A stretch of DNA of 32,000 nt, taken from NCBI GenBank assembly GCA_015063085.1, contig SUTD01000003.1, forward strand, positions 1 to 32,000. The letters are read 5' to 3'. The translations under genes were made by a program, and so were the position numbers. Source of the stretch: Methanocorpusculum parvum (GTDB lineage: Archaea; Halobacteriota; Methanomicrobia; Methanomicrobiales; Methanocorpusculaceae). The notes beneath the pieces were generated by a model. The model was not told where the DNA came from and made no database searches. It saw only the letters and a program-made list of their open reading frames with translations. Shown here piece after piece: positions 8,823-18,951 of this stretch; the first letter of the stretch is position 1, and each line of letters begins with the position of its first letter.

Positions 8823-10295
8823 TCACAGCCACTTCGGCCACGGGAGACCGAATGTGGTTACCATTCCTGCGATTTCATCGCGGATGCCTCTATCGATTTT
8901 GAAGAGGAGGAAGAAGTAGATGACAGCTCCCGCACACACAGGAATCAGAGTGAGGACAACGTTGTCGAGCGGGACGAAGAGTTTGTAGACGAAGACAAAG
9001 AGTCCCATCGCTGCGGCCGCAAGGATGATGTGGAAAATCGGGCGGCGTTCGATTTTGACGGTGAGGTAGCGCTTAAGGAAGTGTGCGATTAAGACGGCGT
9101 TTACGCTGTAGCTGATTAAGGTAGCCACTGCTGCGCCGTTGATGCCGATCAAGGGGATTAAGATGCAGTTGAGCAGGATGTTGATGACAGCAGCGGATGC
9201 TGTTGCATAGAAGGACTGGCGGGCATGATCAGATGCGGTCAAGGCAACACCAAGCAGAGTGATGAATACAGAGATTACCTGCACGAGAAGAAGGATTGTA
9301 CAGGCAGCTGCCCCGGCTGCAAAGTCTGCTCCGTAGAAGTAGTAGAGGAGTTTGTCTGCTAAGAGCAGACCGCCGGTAAATACCGGCACCGCGAGGATTA
9401 AAGCGAAGGTGATTCCGCGGGATACCGGCGGGGCGATTTTGTCCCACTGATTGTTTGCGCTCCAGTTGCTGATCTTCGGAGTTAAGGTTGAGTAGATTGC
9501 GGTGGTGATGAAGGTGGCCGCTGTGGTGAACTGGAAGGCAGTGCGGTAGACTCCAACGTCTCCGTTTGTCAGGAAGTAGCCGATGAAGATGGTGTCCGCA
9601 TAGGCGAAGACGGTAGAGCCGGTACTGATGAGGAAAATCCAGAAGCCGTAGACGAAAAGAGATTTGACATGGCGGAAGCCGAATTTTGCGGGGCGGAAGG
9701 TGAAGTATTTGATGCAGAGAATACCGGAGAGGATGATGCCGACGATGTAGCCTCCGATAAGTCCATAGACTGTAAAGCCGAGAAGGACGGTGATGATTTG
9801 GATTACAATGCGGGCAAGTTCGGAGAAACCAAAGCCTACGCTGTAGATACCCATGTGTCCTAAACCCATTACACCCCGTGTGATAGTCTGACCAAAGAAT
9901 GCGAAGATGAGTGCTAAGACAATCCAGAATACAAGTTCATACTCTTTCAAGTCCGCAAAGAAGGGACTGATGGTGATAAGAATGAGTGTAGAGACGATGG
10001 TGAGAATTCCGCGAAGACAGGCATATGCTGTCAGATAGGCATTCTGTTCAGCTCCTTCTGAGATACGCTTGACCGCTGCCTGACCGAATCCGCCGTCTCC
10101 TATCATATTGAAGATGCCGAAGTATGCAACGAAGAGATAGTAAACTCCCATTAGGTCTTTTCCAAGCACGTGGGAAAAGAGCATGGTGGAGAGGAAACCG
10201 ATTCCGGTTATGGCAAGCGTGAAAATAAGCGAGAGTGTGCTCTGACGCTGAATTGCCGGAAGACGCATGAATCGGGAGACGAAGTGGATGTTCAT
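8823..10295 (-). CDS. Polysaccharide/oligosaccharide flippase (Wzx/MATE-like)
   Basis: 490 aa, about 12-14 TM segments; LAITGIGFLSTMLFSHVLGKDLMGVYYLFVAYFGIFNMIGDGGFGQAAVKRISEG is typical of polysaccharide biosynthesis exporters. Confidence 0.85.
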   Translation of the reverse strand: MNIHFVSRFMRLPAIQRQSTLSLIFTLAITGIGFLSTMLFSHVLGKDLMGVYYLFVAYFGIFNMIGDGGFGQAAVKRISEGAEQNAYLTAYACLRGILTIVSTLILITISPFFADLKEYELVFWIVLALIFAFFGQTITRGVMGLGHMGIYSVGFGFSELARIVIQIITVLLGFTVYGLIGGYIVGIILSGILCIKYFTFRPAKFGFRHVKSLFVYGFWIFLISTGSTVFAYADTIFIGYFLTNGDVGVYRTAFQFTTAATFITTAIYSTLTPKISNWSANNQWDKIAPPVSRGITFALILAVPVFTGGLLLADKLLYYFYGADFAAGAAACTILLLVQVISVFITLLGVALTASDHARQSFYATASAAVINILLNCILIPLIGINGAAVATLISYSVNAVLIAHFLKRYLTVKIERRPIFHIILAAAAMGLFVFVYKLFVPLDNVVLTLIPVCAGAVIYFFLLFKIDRGIRDEIAGMVTTFGLPWPKWL

Positions 10296-10433
10296 GGAGA
10301 TTTGTTATGTGTTGATTTTGCAGTTGGGATACTCGTTTTTGACGTCAAGTTTGTAGGGATGGACTGCAAATATTACACCTATGTGTTGGTGAGGGGAGGT
10401 TATGAAAGTGTTGGGATAGGGATTAAACAAAAA

Positions 10434-12461
10434 TTACGAGAAGATATTCATTCCCTGATTAGTGTAAACCAGACTGAGTGGATAAGTATTTTCCGTAAAC
10501 TGCTCCGTATTTTCTTCGGTCGACAGGATTTTGACAGTAGTTCCTGCCGAATCTTTGAGCCCCAATCCGTAAATTTCGTAGCAACTATTTCTATTTATTA
10601 CATACTTTACCAGATTCTCAACAGATACATCTTCTGAATACAACTTGTCAGCACCATTCCTGAACGAGTAGTAAGGGTAACCATATTTCTCAAATGCTTT
10701 GCCGGCGGCAAAATATCTTGAAGTATCATAATCAGTATAGACTGATGAAGAGAGAGGCAGGTAATTCTCAACGATGTCAAAAGAAGCTAACTCCTGTTCC
10801 GTGAAGAAGTGAACCTCACCAAACTGAGTGCCTGCAAAAACAGGGCTGTCCCTTGATTCAAGAATAAGTGGAGACGTTACTACCAGTAACATACAGAGAA
10901 TAACCGTGACAACTGCGCCATTGAATTTCCCAGTATGTTTTTTATTCCAGAGATTCCCTATAACCACAGCCCCTACAGCCATAATTACTGCAAATATTGG
11001 TGAGAGGACAAGCCTGACTCTATCCAGTTCGAGATCTCCGCTGATAAACATCTCAAACAAATCCATGACTCCAGGAATGAATACTATTGCGAGAACTACT
11101 CCTGCCATGCCCAACATTGCAATCTTTTTATCAATGATTTTTGGAGACAACAGAGCGATTACTCCCGGTAGTAATACCAGAATAATCGATGCACTAGCTA
11201 TGGCATTAATCCACGCATGTCCTAAATTCCCAAGATTGGCTACTATATCAAATGATGAACTTAACACAGAAACAACACTATCTGTATCAAATGCAGAACT
11301 CGGAGAAGCAGCGGAGACAGAACCAATAGGAAGCCAATCAGGTAATGGGATGTTATAAAACTGATTCGAGAGACGGTTTATCAGCCATGAAAAATCATAA
11401 GGACCATGTGTAATTCCAAATAATGCAATTAAGTAGAACGAAACCGTGAGCACAATTTGAGAAGCAGTTATCCTATGGTGATAGATAAAATATAATCCAA
11501 GAATACCTGTGAATACCAGCACAATAAGAATTAACTGTGCATGATGCACAAAGATCATGTACATCATAACAAGGAGTGTGAGAATCAGGGATGAGAGAGA
11601 AACACCGTCTGACTGCTTTTTAAAGAAGAAGAAAAGAACAATTACAAAAGCGATTGTTGCATGCATCCTGGGCATTGGGTAGATAGCATACCAGATTACC
11701 GCAGGGATTGTTATGTATAATAACGCAGAGAGAAGTGCAAGAGATTTAGATTTGGTAAAGTGCTTGGCAAGGGAGTAGATAAATACCAAAGACACGACTA
11801 ACAATGGGGTTGATGTGAGGTATAAGACTGTATATGTCGGGAGACCAGAAATCAAGGAAGCTATTACAGACTCAATATGGAATAAACAGAAATCCATGTA
11901 TTGCCCAAGTATGGGTGATACGAAGCCGTCCACAAGAATGGTTTCTGTCCAGGCAAGGTGAATTGGAATGTCTGTCCAACCATAATAGTAATCATGGGTA
12001 AATACTGTTGAGAACACATGGAGCGACAAAGTTGCTATAAGTTGGAATAATACAACAGGCTTTCTTGGACTGGGACTGAAGATTTCCAAAAGTACCAAGA
12101 AATAGAGCAACCCTATTAACACCAGATGGAAGAGATTGCAACTGTTTGTTATGAAAATCCAGGCTAAGGCAATGCAGAAGATAATCCAAAATATCTTTGA
12201 CAGATTTCTTTGACTGAGGTAATTAGGGAGGATTAAGTCATCAAATAATTTGTTTTCACATGGATTGGAGAACTTCTTTCTGTTTATGATAAGGATGACT
12301 GATATAATTGAAAGGGCCATGAGAATTGGAGATCCTTTCACCATAATCAGATATTGTCCACTCATAAAGAGAACAACATATGCTAATATCGGAAGTATTA
12401 ATGTGAGATAGGGGATTATTGGAGAGAGATAATGGAATACACAAAATATTCTATCCAACAT
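10434..12461 (-). CDS. Large polytopic membrane protein, possible GT-C-like glycosyltransferase or polymerase
   Basis: 675 aa with many TM segments, a first-loop acidic motif YYYGWTDIPIHLAWTETIL and a soluble C-terminal domain; embedded in a surface-glycan locus. Confidence 0.6.
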   Translation of the reverse strand: MLDRIFCVFHYLSPIIPYLTLILPILAYVVLFMSGQYLIMVKGSPILMALSIISVILIINRKKFSNPCENKLFDDLILPNYLSQRNLSKIFWIIFCIALAWIFITNSCNLFHLVLIGLLYFLVLLEIFSPSPRKPVVLFQLIATLSLHVFSTVFTHDYYYGWTDIPIHLAWTETILVDGFVSPILGQYMDFCLFHIESVIASLISGLPTYTVLYLTSTPLLVVSLVFIYSLAKHFTKSKSLALLSALLYITIPAVIWYAIYPMPRMHATIAFVIVLFFFFKKQSDGVSLSSLILTLLVMMYMIFVHHAQLILIVLVFTGILGLYFIYHHRITASQIVLTVSFYLIALFGITHGPYDFSWLINRLSNQFYNIPLPDWLPIGSVSAASPSSAFDTDSVVSVLSSSFDIVANLGNLGHAWINAIASASIILVLLPGVIALLSPKIIDKKIAMLGMAGVVLAIVFIPGVMDLFEMFISGDLELDRVRLVLSPIFAVIMAVGAVVIGNLWNKKHTGKFNGAVVTVILCMLLVVTSPLILESRDSPVFAGTQFGEVHFFTEQELASFDIVENYLPLSSSVYTDYDTSRYFAAGKAFEKYGYPYYSFRNGADKLYSEDVSVENLVKYVINRNSCYEIYGLGLKDSAGTTVKILSTEENTEQFTENTYPLSLVYTNQGMNIFS

Positions 12462-12573
12462 AATTATCTCCCCTTAAAGCAAGATAAATAATAAACCATT
12501 AACAAACTCCCATACAAATATTAATTGAATCTATAAGAACATCACTCTTTTGGAACACTAAAATTAACTGAAA

Positions 12574-13824
12574 CTACGCACGATGAGGATAGCCCAGAAT
12601 CCTCACTCCAAATCCAGCATCTTCCCACTTTGCATGGTCGAGGAAGTTTCGCGAGTCAAACAGCTGCTTTGTTCTCACCTTCAACATCGATGGCTCAATC
12701 TCCTTAAACACTGCATGGTCAGTAATCAGAACAACACAATCACTTCCCTCACATGCTTCATCTAAATTAGCACAGACTGGGTAAACATACTGCTTTGCGA
12801 ATGGGTCGTGGATTTTAACCGTATATCCTTCGTTGACTGCCATTTTAATGAACTTAGTTGCTGGAGTCTCACGGCAGTCATCAATATCTGCTTTGTATGC
12901 AACACCTAAAACGGTAATTACCGGATTTTCAATTCCGGAAATCATCTTTCTCACATGCATCATCACAAAGTTCGGCATGGTGTCATTGATTGTGCGGGAC
13001 TTTAAGATGAGTTCAGCATTCTGCGTGTTTTCAGTTAAGAACCAAGGATCTACGGCAATACAGTGACCGCCGACACCAGGACCCGGACTTAAAATATTGA
13101 CACGCGGGTGCTTGTTTGCCAGTTCAATAACCTTCCAGACATTGACACCGTAATCCTCGGCAACCTTTGCCAATTCATTGGCAAAGGCGATGTTAACATC
13201 ACGGAAGGTGTTCTCGGTGAGTTTCACAAACTCTGCAGTGTTGGTGTCCGTTAAGTGAATATCTCCTTTCACATAGGACTTGTAGATGTCGCGGGTAACC
13301 TCACAGGACGTCTCGTCAATACCACCGACAATTCTGTCATTGTACTCCATCTCATAGAGCGTCTTTCCCGGGATTGCCCGCTCCGGGCAGTGAGAGTAGA
13401 GGAATTCTCCTGCTTTTATTCCGGACTTTTCCAGAATAGGGATGACAACCTTCTCACTGGCACAGGGAGATACCGTGGACTCCAGGATTACCAGATTTCC
13501 TGCTTTCAGATGCGGGACAATCATCTCTGCTGCTGACTTCACATAGGATAAATCCGAAAGGCGAGTCTCCTTATCGAACGGGGTCGGAACAGCAATCAGA
13601 AATACATCCGCATCACAGACCTCGGTGGATGCAGAGAAACTGTCCTTTGCGGATGCAAAGAGTTCATCAAGTCCCGGTTCTACAATGTGCAGTTTTCCTT
13701 TCTGCAGTGTCTCAACAACTGCTTTGTTCACATCCACACCGACTACTTCATGTCCATGGGAAGCAAGAAGCAGTCCGGTCGGAAATCCAATATATCCAAG
13801 TCCTAATATGCAGATTTTTGCCAT
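12574..13824 (-). CDS. wecC: Nucleotide-sugar dehydrogenase (UDP-ManNAc dehydrogenase type)
   Basis: 416 aa; ICILGLGYIGFPTGLLLASHGHEVVGVDVN, YSHCPERAIPG and GPGVGGHCIAVDPWFL (catalytic Cys). Confidence 0.9.
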   Translation of the reverse strand: MAKICILGLGYIGFPTGLLLASHGHEVVGVDVNKAVVETLQKGKLHIVEPGLDELFASAKDSFSASTEVCDADVFLIAVPTPFDKETRLSDLSYVKSAAEMIVPHLKAGNLVILESTVSPCASEKVVIPILEKSGIKAGEFLYSHCPERAIPGKTLYEMEYNDRIVGGIDETSCEVTRDIYKSYVKGDIHLTDTNTAEFVKLTENTFRDVNIAFANELAKVAEDYGVNVWKVIELANKHPRVNILSPGPGVGGHCIAVDPWFLTENTQNAELILKSRTINDTMPNFVMMHVRKMISGIENPVITVLGVAYKADIDDCRETPATKFIKMAVNEGYTVKIHDPFAKQYVYPVCANLDEACEGSDCVVLITDHAVFKEIEPSMLKVRTKQLFDSRNFLDHAKWEDAGFGVRILGYPHRA

Positions 13825-14903
13825 TACTGTTTACCCTCAACAAATTCCAGAATTTTTACCGCTGCATCGCCGTCTCCAAATGGGTTCTTCCAGGATGCAG
13901 TGTTGTTCATCATCTTTTCCGCACAGGAGATAATTGTCTCAGTCACCGTACCCGCAAGAACATTCGCACCGACAGTTACTGTCTCCGGACGCTCGGTGTT
14001 GTCTCGAAGAGTAACACATGGCGTGCCCAGGATACAGCCCTCCTCCTGCAGTCCGCCGGAATCGGTCAGAATCAGGCGGGCATTTTCTTCGAGTTGCAGG
14101 AATTCAAGGTAGCCAAGTGGTTTGGATACAGTGATTCCTTCGAGAGACAGACCAAACTCATTTACCATCTTTTCGGTTCTCGGGTGCATAGGGAAGAGAG
14201 CTGGAATCTGGTACTTCTGAGATAACTGACGCACTGCTTCCAGAATGCCGGAAAGGCGTTCTTTCACATCCACATTTTCTGCCCGATGGGACGTTACTAG
14301 GAAGTACTCCTTTGGTTTCAGGCCGAAGTCATCTAGGACATTCAGATGCCTCTTGGAAAGTTCCAGGTTCTGGTATGCTGCATCAACCACAGTGTTCCCA
14401 GTGATGAAAATCTTCTCTCCGTCAATCCCTTCCGCCAGTAACTGGTCTCGGGAAACTTCTGTCGGCGGGAAGAGATAGTCAGAGATGTGATCTGCAATAA
14501 TGCGGTTAATCTCTTCAGGCATGTTGCGGTCGAAACTCCGAAGACCTGCTTCCACATGACCGATTTTGATGTGGAGTTTGGATGCGGCAAGCGCTCCTGC
14601 CATTACTGTATTAGTGTCTCCTTGAACAAACACCACATCCGGTTTTTCCTTGAGCAGAATCTCTTCAATGCCGATTAAGATTTTTGCAGTTTGTCTTGCT
14701 TGAGTTCCTGAACCGACGTCTAAATTATATTTTGGTTCTAGGAGTTCAAGCTGTTCAAAGAATCTTCTGTCCATCTCATACGAGTAGTGTTGACCGGTAT
14801 GGAGGATAAAATAGTCATACTGCTTATCCTCACACGCCCGGATAAGCGGAGACATCTTAATGATTTCCGGACGAGTCCCTAGGATAATACAGTACTTCAA
14901 CAT
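13824..14903 (-). CDS. wecB: UDP-N-acetylglucosamine 2-epimerase (non-hydrolysing)
   Basis: 359 aa; IILGTRPEIIKMSPLIRAC, VFVQGDTNTVMAGALAA, HVEAGLRSFDRNMPEEINR, HPRTEK and TDSGGLQEEG. Confidence 0.93.
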   Translation of the reverse strand: MLKYCIILGTRPEIIKMSPLIRACEDKQYDYFILHTGQHYSYEMDRRFFEQLELLEPKYNLDVGSGTQARQTAKILIGIEEILLKEKPDVVFVQGDTNTVMAGALAASKLHIKIGHVEAGLRSFDRNMPEEINRIIADHISDYLFPPTEVSRDQLLAEGIDGEKIFITGNTVVDAAYQNLELSKRHLNVLDDFGLKPKEYFLVTSHRAENVDVKERLSGILEAVRQLSQKYQIPALFPMHPRTEKMVNEFGLSLEGITVSKPLGYLEFLQLEENARLILTDSGGLQEEGCILGTPCVTLRDNTERPETVTVGANVLAGTVTETIISCAEKMMNNTASWKNPFGDGDAAVKILEFVEGKQ

Positions 14904-14948
14904 TTTATCATCATTTCTTTTAATGAATATTATATATTGCCTTAGAGA

Positions 14949-16316
14949 TTAACATAATACAATCTCGTTCAATATATCTGCAGTTTTTCTTGCCATCTCA
15001 CGATAACTATACTTAGCAACCTCCGTCTCAATCCCCAAATACTGGACAAAACCATCCCTCTGATATTCACAGTACCACTCTTGAAGTTGAAGTTTTAAAC
15101 GATCTAAAGACGAAATACACCTTCCAACTCGTGTTACCTCAAAGATATTCGATATAGTATCATTTTGTCCTGTGGCAAGAATTGGGCGTAACGCACTAAA
15201 ATACTCAAATATCTTCCCCGCAATTACACCTTCACTAGACTCACCAGACCATAATAATGCAAGCAATATTTGTGAAGTACGTTGTAAGTGGAGAGCAACA
15301 TCCTTTGAAACCAAACCACATTGTACCACCACATCATCTAACTTATATTTATGAATTTCCACATCCATCCAATCAGCAGTAGGTCCGTAGAACTCGATTC
15401 GAATATCTTCCCGTGGTATAATTCCAGATGATATTAATTCTGAAACAGCAGTGAACAACAACGTTGGATTCCGTGTCTCCTTAGTATATAGTGCACCAGT
15501 ATATGTTATTGTAAACTTATTACGAAGTGTAACATCATGAATTATATTTTCTGGGTTAAAACCATTCATAACGACTTCTGACTTTTTCAGATGATAAGAA
15601 GATAACTCATTAGCCAAATTTGGAGAGACAGCCGTAATTATGCTTGCCGATTTTAACAACTTACGCTCATATTTCCCCTCTATTGACAAACGCATGGAAG
15701 AGACAGGAAATGATGTAAACTTTCTTTGTGACCATGGATCACGGTAATCAGCAACCCAAGGTAATCTGAACTCAGAATGAAGTTTCTCAGCGATTTTATG
15801 TGCAGTAAATGGTCCAGAAGTACTTAATATCACATCATACTTATTTTTCTGTAACTCCCTCCTCGCGGCTTTCAGTGCGGATCTATACCACCCTGAAGAT
15901 AAATCCGGAAAATAAATCAACGAACAGAAAGAATAGATTCTTACTGCCATCCAAGAAAGCCATTTTACCTTTCCAATAGATGAAAGTACCTTATTTATAA
16001 TCCATGGCAGGAGATTTGGTTCTTGTTCATTTTCCGTTTGTTTATTATCAACTAACCCCCATGAATCCTGTTTGCTGAATCTAAAATATAATTTTAAGAA
16101 ACCCAATGGGTGTCTTGCATGAATGATATTGGGGAGAAGTAATCCTGGATAATCTTTTGGAGGGACAGTTAATAATGTAACATCCCAATCAAATTGCTTC
16201 AAATAATCAAAAATTGCATGTGTACGGTTTGATGCAACCATCTCACGTTGGTGATAGTAATAAGCGATAAATAGAACTTTTTTTTTCTTCTTGTGATTAT
16301 CCATTATTATCCTCAA
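14949..16316 (-). CDS. Glycosyltransferase, GT4-like
   Basis: 455 aa; Rossmann-like halves, SGPFTAHKIAEKLHSEFRLPWVADYRDPWSQ, GFNPENI, TITYTGALY and KIFEYFSALRPILA. Confidence 0.8.
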   Translation of the reverse strand: MRIIMDNHKKKKKVLFIAYYYHQREMVASNRTHAIFDYLKQFDWDVTLLTVPPKDYPGLLLPNIIHARHPLGFLKLYFRFSKQDSWGLVDNKQTENEQEPNLLPWIINKVLSSIGKVKWLSWMAVRIYSFCSLIYFPDLSSGWYRSALKAARRELQKNKYDVILSTSGPFTAHKIAEKLHSEFRLPWVADYRDPWSQRKFTSFPVSSMRLSIEGKYERKLLKSASIITAVSPNLANELSSYHLKKSEVVMNGFNPENIIHDVTLRNKFTITYTGALYTKETRNPTLLFTAVSELISSGIIPREDIRIEFYGPTADWMDVEIHKYKLDDVVVQCGLVSKDVALHLQRTSQILLALLWSGESSEGVIAGKIFEYFSALRPILATGQNDTISNIFEVTRVGRCISSLDRLKLQLQEWYCEYQRDGFVQYLGIETEVAKYSYREMARKTADILNEIVLC

Positions 16317-16344
16317 AGAGTAAACAGTATTAATAATATATCAC

Positions 16345-17112
16345 TTATTGTAAGTTATAATTGTCCATCAACCCCCACCTCTCCCGCATCTCTTCCACCC
16401 CACTAACAACCTCCGAAACATCAAACACCCACACCAATCCCCCCTCAAACACCCCGGCATCCTCAATTACGCGCCCCTCAAAATCGCACACCAGACTCCG
16501 TCCCGGATAATCAACCCCGGAAACACAATCATATCCAATACAGTTGCACCCAATCACATACCCTCTATTCTCCAGTGCCCGCGCACGAAGCAGTAACTCC
16601 CAGTCTGCAACGCGTGCCGCAGGCCAGGCTGCCTGCACAATCACACAGTGCGCACCCATCTTCAGATACTCGCGGAACAGCTCCGGAAACCGCAAGTCAA
16701 AACAAACCGCACAACCGAACTTCATCCCGCCGTATTCAAAGCAGACAGCTTCACTTCCGGCGGAGAAGGCTGCATCCTCACCTCCCGGCGTAAACAAATG
16801 TGTCTTCGCATACTCAGCAAGCACCTCTCCCTCCGGAGATACGACAAGCATCACATTCTGCGGCTTGCCGTTGGCTGCAGGACGCTGATAGGATCCCACA
16901 ATACAGGTATGATACTCCTTCGCCAGAGAAATCCAGCGGCTCCTCACAGCCTCCGCATCTGCGGCAGAAACTGACGGGCGCCAGCCGGTTGCATACTGCT
17001 CGCAGAAAATAACCATATCTGCATCGGCTGATGCAAGATACTCTTCAGCTCTTGCAAACGCCGTATCAATATCCTCATACACCTGACTTATCTGGGCACA
17101 GCAGATTCGCAT
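16345..17112 (-). CDS. Carbon-nitrogen hydrolase (nitrilase family)
   Basis: 255 aa; catalytic triad context CEQYATGW (Glu), EYAKTHLF (Lys) and FGCAVCFDLRFPELFR (Cys). Confidence 0.9.
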   Translation of the reverse strand: MRICCAQISQVYEDIDTAFARAEEYLASADADMVIFCEQYATGWRPSVSAADAEAVRSRWISLAKEYHTCIVGSYQRPAANGKPQNVMLVVSPEGEVLAEYAKTHLFTPGGEDAAFSAGSEAVCFEYGGMKFGCAVCFDLRFPELFREYLKMGAHCVIVQAAWPAARVADWELLLRARALENRGYVIGCNCIGYDCVSGVDYPGRSLVCDFEGRVIEDAGVFEGGLVWVFDVSEVVSGVEEMRERWGLMDNYNLQ

Positions 17113-17153
17113 ACTCTTATTCTGTGCTGCTGAGATAAATACCTTAAGAGATT

Positions 17154-17162
17154 AAAAAAAAA
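17154..17162 (-). terminator. Oligo-T terminator (minus strand) for the DUF5654-like gene
   Basis: A9 on the plus strand just beyond the stop at 17169. Confidence 0.4.
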
Positions 17163-17168
17163 GAAGAA

Positions 17169-17450
17169 TTACTCCTTCTTGATGTGGAGTTTTTCTGCAG
17201 CCTTGCAGGATGCCTTCTCTGCAAGTACTTTGGACTTGTTGGAGACTGCACCAATCCAGACAGTGAAAAGGACTGCGAGAACAGTTACAAAGACTGCGTA
17301 TCCGAGCATTGCCGGAATCGTACTCTGCTCACCGAAGATTTCTGCAAAGATTGCCTGGATTGCACCGTTCCATGCAAGAGCGGCAACAAGACCGAAAGCT
17401 GCAGTAATTAATGCTGCAAGCTTGTCAATAACATCTACTGAAAGTGCCAT
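17169..17450 (-). CDS. Small membrane protein, DUF5654-like
   Basis: 93 aa; VIDKLAALITAAFGLVAALAWNGAIQAIFAEIFG....IPAMLGYAVFVTVLAVLFTVWIG, two TM segments. Confidence 0.7.
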   Translation of the reverse strand: MALSVDVIDKLAALITAAFGLVAALAWNGAIQAIFAEIFGEQSTIPAMLGYAVFVTVLAVLFTVWIGAVSNKSKVLAEKASCKAAEKLHIKKE

Positions 17451-17497
17451 ACTGATACATTGGCGAAGAAACTATTTAAATCTAAACGGCTGGATGC

Positions 17498-17505
17498 AAA
17501 AAAAA
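17498..17505 (-). terminator. Oligo-T terminator (minus strand) for the ABC transporter operon
   Basis: A8 on the plus strand about 6 nt beyond the stop at 17511. Confidence 0.4.
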
Positions 17506-17510
17506 GAGAG

Positions 17511-18230
17511 TTATTCCTGCTTCGCACCGGAAACACCGGGGATGGCAAGCTTCTTCTCAAGCTTGTTCAGAGCAATGGTTGCGAAGGACACCAGAATCAG
17601 ATAGAAGATACCAACCGCCGCGAATGCCTCAAAGTAGGCGAAGTATTTTGTCGCGATAATTTTTGCCGCTCCGGTCATTTCTATAACTGTTACCACATAG
17701 GCAAGAGACGAGTACTTGATGAGGTAGATGAACTCGTTGGAGACGCCCGGGAGTGCACGGCGGAATGCCTGCGGGATTACCACATGGATGATTGCCTGAA
17801 TCTTGGTCATACCAAGCGAGCGTGCCGCAAGCATCTGCCCTCCCTTAATCGACTGCAGGCCGCCGCGTAAATACTCGGAGTTGTATGCCGAGTTACACAA
17901 AATGAAACCGAACAGCGCTGAAAGATACGAACCAAGCACGATTCCAATTGACGGCAGACCAAAGTACAGCAGGAACAGAAGCACCAGAAGCGGACATCCT
18001 CTAAAGAAGATGACATAGAGCTTCGCTAATGCCCTAACAGGCTTTGGACCATATACGCGGCAGACGGCAATCAGGAATCCCAAAAGGAAACCAAAGGGGG
18101 CTGTCAGCGCCACCAACTGGAGGGTTACCCACAGACCGTCAACTAACGCCGGAAGCAGAATGTCAGTCCAGAAGGGAATCTGGTCGATGAGATACTGTAC
18201 AATATCCATGTTACTCTTCGGTATATGCAC
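17511..18230 (-). CDS. Polar amino-acid ABC transporter permease (HisM/HisQ type)
   Basis: 239 aa; GLWVTLQLVALTAPFGFLLGF, EYLRGGLQSIKGGQMLAARSLGMTKIQAIIHVVIPQAFRRALPGVSNEF (EAA loop). Confidence 0.9.
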   Translation of the reverse strand: MHIPKSNMDIVQYLIDQIPFWTDILLPALVDGLWVTLQLVALTAPFGFLLGFLIAVCRVYGPKPVRALAKLYVIFFRGCPLLVLLFLLYFGLPSIGIVLGSYLSALFGFILCNSAYNSEYLRGGLQSIKGGQMLAARSLGMTKIQAIIHVVIPQAFRRALPGVSNEFIYLIKYSSLAYVVTVIEMTGAAKIIATKYFAYFEAFAAVGIFYLILVSFATIALNKLEKKLAIPGVSGAKQE

Positions 18231-18951
18231 CCATGAATGCTCTCATGCGTTCAAAGGACGGGCTGGTCGGGATGTCCTCCGGTTTTCCGCGTTCGATGAT
18301 CTCTCCCTTTTCCATTAAGAGAATCTCGGAGGCAAAGGAGGTTGCAAATTTCATCTCATGGGTTACCACAAGACAGGTCATACCCTGTGCGGCAAGCTTT
18401 CGCATAACCTCCATTACTTCGCGCTTGAGTTCCGGATCAAGAGCAGAGGTCGGCTCATCAAAGAGCATGACCTCAGGGTCCATAGCAAGAGCACGGGCAA
18501 TAGAGACACGCTGTGCCTGACCGCCGGAAAGCTGTGCAGGATAGTGGTCTGCCCAGTCGAGCATTCCGACACGCTCAAGCTCAAAGAGTGCCTTCTCGCG
18601 GGCTTCCTTCTTTCCCATCTTCTTGACTTTGAGAAGTGCCAGCTCAACATTGCGGACTGCCGTTAAGTGGTCGAAGAGGTTGAAGTTCTGGAACACCATT
18701 CCCATCTTCTGCCGGTAGTCGTTGATTTTTCTTCCCGAGTTCGTGACCTCTTCACCGTTTAAGTACACCGAACCGCCGTCAGGCTCTGTTAAGAGGTTGA
18801 TACAGCGAAGAAGCGTGGACTTTCCGGTACCGGAAGGTCCAATAAAGACCTTCTTTTCTCCCGGATAGACATCGAAGGAGACACCCTTTAAGACCTCGAG
18901 GTCGCCGTAGGTCTTCGTCAGATTTTCCACGCGGAGAATCGGTTCGGTCAT
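18211..18951 (-). CDS. Polar amino-acid ABC transporter ATP-binding protein
   Basis: 246 aa; Walker A GPSGTGKST, signature LSGGQAQRV, Walker B VMLFDEPTSALDPEL, H-loop VTHE. Confidence 0.95.
   Translation of the reverse strand: MTEPILRVENLTKTYGDLEVLKGVSFDVYPGEKKVFIGPSGTGKSTLLRCINLLTEPDGGSVYLNGEEVTNSGRKINDYRQKMGMVFQNFNLFDHLTAVRNVELALLKVKKMGKKEAREKALFELERVGMLDWADHYPAQLSGGQAQRVSIARALAMDPEVMLFDEPTSALDPELKREVMEVMRKLAAQGMTCLVVTHEMKFATSFASEILLMEKGEIIERGKPEDIPTSPSFERMRAFMGAYTEE

Noticed and set aside
10170-10637. 155-aa plus ORF spanning the flippase start and the 3' end of the 675-aa membrane protein gene
   Set aside because: Straddles the gap and overlaps two supported genes; no motif, and it looks like chance openness in AT-rich sequence.
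13629-14225. 198-aa plus-strand ORF antisense to WecB/WecC
   Set aside because: Cys/Leu/Arg-rich low-complexity translation with no recognisable motif; the opposite strand encodes well-supported WecB and WecC.
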